A DNA stretch of 64,000 nt from Acanthaster planci (Eukaryota), in the NCBI RefSeq assembly GCF_001949145.1, contig NW_019091356.1, positions 2,488,932-2,552,931 on the forward strand, read 5' to 3'. Positions within the stretch are counted from its first letter, which is position 1. Every line of letters begins with the position of its first letter. Shown one piece after another: positions 52,901 to 64,000 of this stretch. Made by a program: the position numbers and the translations under genes. The notes under the pieces are model-generated. The model did no database searches. It was not told the origin of the DNA and saw only the letters and a program-made list of their open reading frames with translations.

Positions 52901-55900
52901 CGCCAAGAAGGTTAGGGGTTGGGATTAGGATATTTCCCTCTATGAATTTTCTTTATTCTGCTAGTCTCCAATACTGTGCAGTAAACCCAGTCATTAGCAC
53001 ATTCGTTGCCGTAGAAGAAAATCAGAGAACCGTTCTCACAGTCTGCAGAATGTTACTGTAGGATTCACTAGCAGCCAATCAAAATTTGACTCTCTAAAGC
53101 AGAGCAGACGGTTTGAAAAATCTCTGACTTGTGTTACTGTTCTAAGAAGACTGAATTTCCCTTTCGCCCAGTCAGAATACAGCGCCACAAACTGAAAAGG
53201 CATATGTACCTGATTAGACAGAACGGAGTCATTTTAATCCGGTCGGAATGTCTTTCCAAAAAATGGCCGAAGGAAAAACATCTGTGCTCTGAACAACACA
53301 CGTCACTGTGTTGACTGCGCTCCATGGGACTATGCAAGCCTCAAATTACCTAAGGGTCTGCATGTTATTTCAGTGTAATCATTAAAATGCTGTTTCTGTT
53401 TCCGGAGTTGCCCGCCTGTTAAAGATACCAGCCGTGCGCGTGTGGCATTTTACAAAAAACATCAAGCAATAGGAAAACAAGTTGTATGTTATAATTGGCC
53501 AATGTCAACATGTTTGTATAAACTCTTAAGCTTGCGCTGTTGGAAATCCAGAATTTTTTTTTTCTTTTTCACATCTTCGAGTGAGATGCCGAGTGATAGG
53601 GATGTCTGAGCACAAGGTTGAGGATTACCGGGATTAGGCCCCGTCAAGGCACCTCATCGAAAGACTGATGATCAGGGCCTCGAGGCGGGGATAATCGGTC
53701 AAATCTCTCCAGTGGCTTCGGTGCTTTGACATTTTGCCCAGCTATCACTTAATCTCCTTGCATCTGTTTCGTCGAAGTCTTTTTGTTCTGACTCAACAAG
53801 AACACATTACTGGCCGGAGAGACTTGGTTTAACTTCCTCTGGGCCACTTTCGCTGCAGCCTTACGAGTGGACTCAGAGAAAGTCCGAAAATAACAGTTTA
53901 AAAGGGTGTATTGTGATAAACGTGACTGTGTCCCCCAAAAATGAGAGTTACTAGTCACAAAAACTAGGTAGTAAGATTTGAATGGCATTGCATTGGCCAA
54001 ACTAAAATCTTTGCAATTGTATGAAGAAAGTTGGTGTTACTTGTTTGTGCGTCAAACTATCTTTGAAATTAGGAAAAAGCCTGGTAATTTTGAAAGGAAA
54101 TTACAAATAAGATAGTTGCCTCAGTCAAAGGATTTTCTAGCCGGCAAGTCTCTTTGCTTGGTTGTGGGGAGAAGATCGCAAGTGCAGACATTCAGATTGG
54201 TCAACTGAAAATTGTAAAGAGGTTTTACAGGTTGCGTTCTTCACGCTTGATTTTGTTTTCATCTGCCTTCCTCAGGAGGAGAAAGCCGAGCTGAAGGCCC
54301 AGTTCTACCTCCTGGAGAAGGAGAAGAAGGCAGCGGAGCTCAAGATGAGCTCCCGGGATGCCCAGGAGCAGGCCTACCTGGCCCAAATCGACCACCTCAA
54401 GGCAGAGGTGGAGGAAAAGAAAAGCAAAGACGTCGTGCCCAGGAGCCCGAAGGTGAGCAGAAAAAAAGGGGGTTCAGAAGTCTGGCATGAGTGGTTAGCG
54501 CGTACATGATCCGGGCCACGTGTGAATACAGTTGTTCGTTGATCTTGTCTTTGCCACAAGGGCTTTCTTCAGGTTCTTCATGCTTTAGCCTGACTGAGTT
54601 GTATTTACGTCAGCAGTATTTCAGCCTTACAGCTGCAACTGAGAATGATTTGCCGGCCCCCGGGTATTAGGCACAAACAGGTCGACTTGCTGACCGTCAC
54701 GGGTAAATCAAATGCCTGTGTTCTGGTGGTTGTATGGCTTTTCACGTTGTGGTTTCTTTTTAGTCGGCAAATTTGCTGACTATGTGCGGAACTTGGAGAG
54801 GGTATTATTTACAAGTGTCTTGCCCGCAAGAGCAGACTGAGCGATCGTGGTTGGTTCGTGGCAGAATTCGCTCTTTGCGTTCTGCCGCCATTCACACGCA
54901 GAGCCTCAAACTGGCAGCTTAAGCAATGCATCAGAATCGCTTTGTCTGATTATGTGGTATAAGAACTAATGCAGCACGCCCAAAATTACATATAAAGCAA
55001 CATGCACGGGAATCGCTGAACCAGCTATATTTATTATGTAAAGCTGCCAGATGGAGGCTCTGCATGCCTATGGCGGCAGCGTACAAAGAGCAAATAGCCC
55101 CCCCTTTGCTGACACTGTACCATCTACAGAGCTTGCACTGATTATATATCGATGGGGAAGGAATATTGGTGTCACGATTTGGGGGGCTCGGATCCACTGG
55201 CAATTTTATGTTGATGTTCTGTTTTTAACAGCAGTTCGGCATGGAGCCCACCTCAACGCCTTCCGTCACCCTGGCTGAGCTGAGCCACCTAGAGGACCCT
55301 AGCATCTCGGCGGACGTGGCCGAGATGGCACGGCGGGAGAAGAAGCTGCGGGCAAAGATCCACGAACTGATGGCCACCATCGAGAAGCTCCAGAAGAGCT
55401 CTGAGATGCGGCACCAGCAGTCGGCTGAGTTCATCGCTGACCTGAAGCGAGCCAACAGGTTAAGGGGGGAGGGTTTGATTTGGTATCACAGAGTTCTCGT
55501 CTAAGGAGTAATTGCCAAACACCAGATCCGGACCAGATTTCACAATACTGCTTTTAGAAAAAAAAAATTACATGCTTTGAAAATTTACATGCTAAGCAAA
55601 AATTTGCAGAGCGCCATTCACAAGCAGCCTTACCGTGACTTTTTTGGTTGGTGACCCGATTTGGCTAAGCAGATTTTTTTTGTGAGTTTGTCATGGGTTG
55701 ATAGCGTTACAGATGGTGGGTGGTCATGCAGCCTTGTAGGGTGGAGATGTTTATGCCCTGCCCAGGCGTGGACAGGGACGTATGTGGGAAGAGATGGGGA
55801 CTGCGTCTGAACGAATGTTGTAAGCATCAATTAGGGTTCTCCTCAGGGAGTTGAAATTGGAGCTGAAACGGAGAGAAATTGAAGAATAGATTTTGCAAAA

Positions 55901-56818
55901 ACTTCATCAGTTTTAGGTCTTGTCTCGGTTTGTTCTCTGTCCAAAGAGGCTCACAGGCTTAACTGTTGATGTTTCAAAGGCAGATGAAATGAGTTTGAAT
56001 TACATATGTCAGAAAAGGTAGAAACACAGTAAAAGTATCTGCCTTTGGTCCCAAACTTCTAGAAGCAAAACTAGTCGTTAGAGTCCGTAACCACCGAAAA
56101 AGGATACCTGTGAATAAATGCATCATTGCCTCCATCATCCCTACCCTTGCAGTGCCCTTGTCACGGCCTACGACAAAGCCAAGAAGAAACACCAGAACAG
56201 ACTCAAGAAACTGGAAGCCCAGATGATGGCGATGGTGGAGAGGCACGACACACAGGTAAAATACTCTGGTCCCTAGCTCTGGTCATCTGCTGGGTAAAAT
56301 AGCAACTTAAATATGCAAATGAAGGAACACTTCCAGACTGTAGAACTGGTCTTTGGCCAGTAGACAGTGTGTCATCCACGTAGCCAGTTATTCCTGTTTG
56401 CCAACTGTCGAAGCTCACTAGTAACAATACAGTCGAACCTCGTTGAAAAGAGTTTCTTCGGATTTGGCAAATGACCTTGTTATAACAGGAACCTTGTATT
56501 ATTAGGAATGAAAACGGTGAAGAACAAGAGATTGGGACCTAACAGTTTCCGTTCTTGTATTAACAGTGCTCTTATTATTGAGGTTCAACTGCAGATCATA
56601 ATGCAGAATTAATCACTGGTGTGTACACATTGTCTTGTGAGCACTGAATGTTGACATCATAGTTGCTCTGAAGTGAGAGATTTTTATCATCAGCCCCTAA
56701 CCTTCTGTCCCTTGTCTGGTACCTTGACTTCAAGGTTCGGATGCTGAAGCAGAGAATAGCCTTACTGGAGGAGGAGAACCAAGCCACCAGGCCGCCACAT
56801 AACGAGACGTCCCTCTAG
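34809..56818 (+). CDS. MCC: MCC ortholog (coiled-coil, PDZ-binding). join(34809..34922,37168..37310,44975..45081,47591..47760,48546..48803,49459..49794,50792..51191,51730..51925,52429..52681,54276..54452,55232..55458,56153..56255,56735..56818); 5'-incomplete
   Basis: Manual splicing gives a continuous frame of 2568 nt including the stop, with GT-AG boundaries and matching phases (0,2,1,0,0,0,1,2,0,0,2,0). The translation matches remembered vertebrate MCC motifs: LAALASLKGEI, RYEERITELHSVIAELNKKID, IEHLRSQNDLL, TTSSTASSCDTEFTKEDEQRLRDYIQQLKND, RHQQSAEF, VRMLKQRIALLEEEN...NETSL. Confidence 0.97.
37168..37310 (+). CDS. MCC: MCC exon VERSRLLRENED...RYEERITELHSVIAELNKKIDRSHGVAF(R)
   Basis: Acceptor cacgcag|GTG, donor AG|gtgagc; strongly conserved motif. 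Confidence 0.96.
37546..37627 (+). mobile_element. tRNA-derived SINE head (degenerate)
   Basis: A-box-like TATCTCAGTTAGCGGAGC and B-box-like GGTTCAACCCC at tRNA spacing; no intact cloverleaf. Confidence 0.55.
42244..42558. mobile_element. Degenerate Harbinger-like MITE
   Basis: GGCTGGTTCATACTCGCTGCGT vs right-end reverse complement GGTTGGTTCGTATTCGCTGTGT; flanks TTA/TCA; CpG-rich interior. Confidence 0.7.
44975..45081 (+). CDS. MCC: MCC exon (R)EEDEFSQSASSPHSNIS...DSANI
   Basis: Acceptor ctctgcag|G, donor G|gtaggc; REEDE motif as in vertebrate MCC; phases 2/1 fit the neighbouring exons. Confidence 0.9.
47591..47760 (+). CDS. MCC: MCC exon (D)QCNDLSAELSRVVGELE...ASHQ[VEKRSLE]; alternative donor after 47739
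   Basis: Acceptor ctttgcag|AT; two in-frame donors, CAG|gtagaa (47739) and GAG|gtgaga (47760). Resembles vertebrate DNCSDLNSELQRV. Confidence 0.88.
48546..48803 (+). CDS. MCC: MCC exon [AVQ]EVERLQ...LEQELDVLRDENENL...IRDERDKLRKK; alternative acceptor at 48555
   Basis: Acceptors ttcaag|GCT or gtccag|GAA, donor AAG|gtaaaa; coiled-coil homology. Confidence 0.9.
49459..49794 (+). CDS. MCC: MCC exon VRDQQSR...SSPG...MPVAKVAERVRLK...GSDLNSVG
   Basis: Acceptor ccacag|GTT, donor GGG|gtgagt; PVAKVAERVRL resembles vertebrate PIAKIAERVKL. Confidence 0.93.
49992..50238. mobile_element. MITE with 20-bp perfect TIR
   Basis: GGGTAATTCCAGAAATTAGG / CCTAATTTCTGGAATTACCC, plus subterminal IR gtgtccctgtcacatctgac / gtcagacgtaacagggacac. 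Confidence 0.8.
50792..51191 (+). CDS. MCC: MCC exon LTNPKVAEHLARSLQECS...KIEHLRSQNDLL...GKYESNNTAL...RAAGVGGFGT
   Basis: Acceptor tttacag|CTG, donor G|gtaggt; highly conserved. Confidence 0.96.
51730..51925 (+). CDS. MCC: MCC exon (G)ESSEGSDSEETTMMLKRVHENRKAAENMAKALL...QPWEDVSSHSHT(S)
   Basis: Acceptor cttccag|GG, donor AG|gtaagg; conserved. Confidence 0.95.
52429..52681 (+). CDS. MCC: MCC exon TTSSTASSCDTEFTKEDEQRLRDYIQQLKND...DSQRLDLENAVMMQEIAALK
   Basis: Acceptor ccccttag|C, donor AAG|gtagat; near-identical to the vertebrate motif. Confidence 0.96.
54276..54452 (+). CDS. MCC: MCC exon EEKAELKAQFYLLEKEKK...AQEQAYL...PRSPK
   Basis: Acceptor cctcag|GAG, donor AAG|gtgagc. Confidence 0.96.
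54866..55095. repeat. Inverted repeat with 55-bp arms and a 120-nt spacer
   Basis: 54866-54920 aligns without gaps to the reverse complement of 55041-55095 (GCTCTTTG, CTGCCGCCAT, GCAGAGCCTC and CTGGCAGCTT blocks). Confidence 0.85.
55232..55458 (+). CDS. MCC: MCC exon [Q]FGMEPTSTPSVTLAEL...RREKKLRAKI...RHQQSAEFIADLKRAN(S); NAGNAG acceptor (55232 or 55235)
   Basis: Acceptor ttttaaCAGCAG|TTC, donor AG|gttaag. Confidence 0.94.
56153..56255 (+). CDS. MCC: MCC exon ALVTAYDKAKKKHQNRLKKLEAQMMAMVERHDTQ
   Basis: Acceptor ccttgcag|T, donor CAG|gtaaaa; conserved. Confidence 0.96.
56430..56591. mobile_element. Tc1/mariner-pogo (Tigger-like) MITE
   Basis: TA-CAGTCGAACCTC ... GAGGTTCAACTG-CA; termini typical of pogo-type MITEs with a decayed TA TSD. 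Confidence 0.75.
56735..56818 (+). CDS. MCC: MCC last coding exon VRMLKQRIALLEEENQATRPPHNETSL*
   Basis: AAG acceptor (ttcaag|GTT) required by homology; ends in the class I PDZ-binding motif ETSL followed by TAG. Confidence 0.96.
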   Translation, partial: VRMLKQRIALLEEENQATRPPHNETSL

Positions 56819-58805
56819 AGCAACCCCAGTCTGTCATTGCCTATCACCCCCCCTCCCCCTGCCCGCCACCACCACCACCAAAGAATGTCTTCATCCCGCC
56901 TTGAGTCTGCCTTGACAGACGAAAAACTGTAGTGTGTGCCTCTGCTGTCCAACGGACGGTGCTTCCACGAAGACCAATGCGTTGAAATCTTCCCGACAGA
57001 GCCAGTACATCTGTCAAGATATTGACCAGCAGATTTATGTCCTTCTCTCTGAACTTGTTTGGATGCTAACGGCGCATCTATGACTCTCGCAAACGTGGAC
57101 CCAGATATTTTTTACTCGTGAAAAGGGGAGGATCATCACTTTCTTGGTTTGTGTTCCTACCGAGGTCAGATTTGAGACTAGATGTAGATGCATCCTTGTT
57201 TGGAAATTTTGCAGTCCACGAAGGTTTTTCACAGAGAAATCTTTGATGGACAAAGCACTTTGGGAAAGGCTGCTTCAAGATCCTTTAAATTTTGTGACAC
57301 AATTGGACACAATATGGTACAGATAGGACAGCACTCAGCCGAATGGTCAAGATGTATCACAACTCCAAAGCAGAGAACTGCAGTGCCTGCTTACGAGAAC
57401 GGCGTCATGGATACTGAACAGTTTGTCGCAGTTCAGCAACTGTTGCTGATGGTAGACCCGGACACATGTTGGGCAGACCTGAGTTACTGAAATCAGTGGC
57501 GGAGCACATTTGGACAAGAATTGCAATGAAGACAGAGACTTGAAAATCTGAGAAGAGACAGCCAATGCATCAATTGTGGAGAAACAATTACGCCTTGCCA
57601 GAGTGGGTTTCTGTGAAAAGACAGACATTTTGTCCAAGGAAAACATTAACAACTGTTGTACATCGAAAAAGATGCAATGTACAGCTGTACAGTATTTTTA
57701 ACCATCGATCCAACAAATTTTCTTTTTTTTTTCAAAAGTAATATTGGAATCTCGAATGCTACCAAAGACGAGACTCACTTTGCGAGAGTGGTGCTTTTGC
57801 TCTGCCACACTGCGGTCCCAAGCCTCACAGTTTGGGAAGAGTTGCCAGCCATTTTTCTCATTTCTCTCGGGGTTTTAAAAAGGGAGATATCAGCCCATCA
57901 TTATCTTCAAAACAGAGCTGTTTCAAAACCAGAACTGTTCACAGCAGCTTTTCAGAAAAAGTATATTTGTCACTGTTTTTTCCTTCCTTTCTTATCCCTG
58001 AGTGGTGGAATCGTTGTTGGCTCACTTGGGTGAACAACTTGTATGCTTATGCAGATTATAACTGTATATATGTAAAGATAGTCCATTTTTGTTATTGTTC
58101 ATAACTATTTATGATAATGTTATTCATTTGTTCTGTAGAAACAAATGTTCATAATTTTTTTTTGTAAATCGGATCAGTTTAAACAGCAGATAAATCCCAC
58201 AGTTGTGATCGGAGCTATTCAACTTTCAAAAAAAATTTCACAACTCTTTCTGAAAAAAACTTCCAACAAAATTGCATCGGCTTGTTGCACTCAAAATGAT
58301 TAAGTTTATTCCGTACACTTTTCTAAAGAACAGTATTCGGGTAATTTTTAGGGTTCACAGAAGATGTAAGAATGTCTAGGGAAACTGTAATCTACGAAAA
58401 ATCACAAATGGAACAAAAAGTATTGTTTGTTACAAGGCAGAGTATTGGTGTCATTACGAAGGTGCTATGATTTTCAACTCTGAATTTTTGTTAAACTGTG
58501 AAAATTTTCATGAAAGTCTTATTTTCTAAACAGGAGTTCTCTCTCAACCATTTGTTTTCCACATGCTAGACCAAGGCAGATCATTTATGGCACAAGCAGA
58601 ACATTGGAACATTTGTGAAATGAAAATCATGATTTGAGATAATTTGGTATTTGTCGTTAAAGGTGGGAATTATACCCTTTGGTGAAACAGTAGCTCCTTG
58701 TACAGGGTAGTTTTGCTGATGCTCCTTGCTTATTTTTTGAGCTTACTGTACATCAAGATGGTTATAGGTTTTCTCATCTTCACAAAAGTCATTTTTGAAG
58801 TCTAA

Positions 58806-58996
58806 GGCTGTGTCCGAAATGGCTTCCATAGCTACGGCTAGGTCTATTGTCTGCGCACATCTCTATGTATTTCCAAGGCTGTTCCGAAAGGGGCTTCCAT
58901 AGCTACGGCTAGGTCTATTGTCTGTGCACATCTCCATGTATTTCCAATGGAATGAGGAGCTGGACCTAGCCGTTGAGGAGAGATTTGGACGCAGCC
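58806..58996. mobile_element. Same Harbinger-like MITE family as 13561-13801, reverse orientation, with an internal duplication of about 70 bp, inside the MCC 3' UTR
   Basis: Starts GGCTGTGTCCGAAAT, ends ATTTGGACGCAGCC; TAA TSD (58803-05, 58997-99); internal sequence matches the reverse complement of the 13.6 kb units. Confidence 0.85.
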
Positions 58997-59477
58997 TAAA
59001 TTTCCGACACAAATCTTTCTGAATGCAGTACATTAGTTTCCCCTGTAGCTATTACTACAGAGAGACAGAATGCTCATTTCCATTCTACTCACAAAACTGA
59101 CTCTCTCAGCAACAAAAAGCCGTCATCATTCTTACATGTAAACTGAGAGACTTATTCTTTACTTAATAAACAAGAGTATTAATTATCACACAAGTAGGTC
59201 ACCATAAAGCTGCACGTACATCTACTGTCCCCCTTGAAATGTATTCAAGTTGGTCTCAAATTAAAAACAGTCAGAACTAAGCATTCTCCATAATCAACTT
59301 AGTTATACTTAGGGACAACAATTTTCAGTGGATATTACATATTAAATAATGGATCACTGTTTTCATCGTGATTATTTAATCAACTCAGAGTTGATCTTTT
59401 TTTTTCTGTTTCTTCCATGCCTTATTTATATCTGTGTTCTTACTTTTTTCTCAGCTTCGGTCATGTATAAAAAAGAA

Positions 59478-59483
59478 AATAAA
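59478..59483 (+). terminator. Probable polyadenylation signal of MCC (3' UTR about 56819-59500); a second AATAAA lies at 59165-59170
   Basis: AATAAA followed by a GT/T-rich tract (ttatgtgtatgttgatttcattttggttt), just upstream of the GPATCH4 promoter. Confidence 0.55.
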
Positions 59484-59929
59484 GAGTTTTATACAGCTTT
59501 TCTCCAAAAGAAAGATTTATGTGTATGTTGATTTCATTTTGGTTTCTCAAGCAGAATGGGGTTTGTCTCCTTCGTGACAGAGTTCCGGATGCTCATATTT
59601 AATACCTTTCAAGTCAAAATACTTTATCGACTTTCACCTTTCGTGGTCTTTCTACTCTTCACTTTTGATCCATTTTTCTCTGCGCAAAATCCCCACATTC
59701 CAAACACAACTGTGATCAACTGTGGTACATTTTTTGACGGGTTTTAGTTAATGTTCGACCGTGGTTTGACATGTCAACCCGTAACCAACAACTTATCTGG
59801 AAACTTAGGGGGAAATTACCCATCCCTGCCTCCATCTTTTATTCCTAAAGACCAGAAAGTTTCTAGATATACTTATTTTCCGTTTTAGATTTACATTAAT
59901 TTGTTTCACAGCCCTGTTTAATTACTAAA

Positions 59930-60018
59930 CGCACGACGAGCACGCCTCTCTTTAAAGATTAATTTCAATGATCTGACACAAGGTGGCGCCCTTTCCCACG
60001 TGGAGAAGAAATTTCAAC

Positions 60019-60027
<9 letters not shown>
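59930..60027 (+). promoter_or_regulatory. GPATCH4 proximal promoter / 5' UTR with palindromic E-box CCACGTGG (59996-60003) and a YY1-like CAACATGGC over the start codon
   Basis: CpG cluster and motifs immediately upstream of the ATG at 60019. Confidence 0.5.
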
Positions 60028-63431
<3,404 letters not shown>

Positions 63432-63725
63432 GTGAGTCCCAGATTTCATCAATCAAAATTGGAGGGACTTTTCTGTGAGCATTTTATGTTTTAACCACTT
63501 TGCGTCGGGGGGGGGGGCATTCATGAATGTTGATGATGCTGGGACGGGATAATTATCATTTTTTTTTTCTGTTTTCAAACTTCTTTAAAAATTCATGTCT
63601 TCATTTACTGGACACTTGCACCCACAAGTAGTTAATGAGATTCTGCTGGCCAGTGTAGTTTGATTAATAATGTACGCTCAGTGTTCAGTGACTTTGAAGG
63701 GCGGCGAGTGAGGAAAACGTTGCAA

Positions 63726-63801
63726 GCTTGCCGAGATGGAGTTTGAACCCACGACCTCCTTTTTAACTCATGCAGACATCTTTATCACTAGACCACTACA
63801 C
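63726..63801 (-). mobile_element. tRNA-derived SINE head (degenerate)
   Basis: Minus strand reads GTGTAGTGGTCTAGTG...GGAGGTCGTGGGTTCAAACTCC (A- and B-box-like); no acceptor stem. Confidence 0.55.
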
Positions 63802-64000
63802 TTTCTGGTGTCCTTCAGCCAGTTTGAATCCAATTTGTCAGCAGTCATTTCACTGAGTGTCAGTAGTTTGCATTTGCTTTTCAACATTCAGCAAACTGAA
63901 GACTGAAGTTTGCTTGATTTTCACAAATCTTTTGCAGGTAGTTCTGCTACCACTCGTGCTTTACACGGAAGTGGAAGTCCAGAGTTAGCACTAGCTAAAC

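Noticed and set aside
56816..56830. Stop-codon readthrough that would mask the PDZ-binding motif
   Set aside because: The context TAG AGC is not a known leaky context (TGA CTA, TAG CAA TYA).
57188..57490. 100-aa ORF in the MCC 3' UTR
   Set aside because: No recognisable homology or codon bias; its length is within chance expectation.

Overview
Eukaryotic (invertebrate animal) genomic DNA: AT-rich introns, GT-AG spliced genes and abundant TACATGTA motifs. My impression is an invertebrate deuterostome such as an echinoderm, but this is not provable here. Two + strand genes are recognisable. (1) An MCC (Mutated in Colorectal Cancer; MCC/USHBP1 family) ortholog with 13 phase-consistent coding exons from 34809 to the TAG at 56816-56818 (about 855 aa, ending in the PDZ-binding motif NETSL). 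Its start codon must lie upstream; several candidate phase-0 first exons occur in 1-34 kb, and a 3' UTR of about 2.7 kb follows. (2) The first four coding exons of GPATCH4 (ATG at 60019), which runs off the window end. Introns contain many short non-autonomous DNA transposons (mostly PIF/Harbinger-like and Tc1/pogo-like MITEs), foldback elements, tRNA-derived SINE fragments and small tandem duplications. Almost all ORFs in the supplied track are spurious. I found no convincing novel biological system. The best leads are possible alternative N-terminal exons of MCC, in-frame tandem splice sites, a MITE family that is internally duplicated in both copies (one in the 3' UTR), a long intronic hairpin near a NAGNAG acceptor, and the MCC-GPATCH4 linkage.
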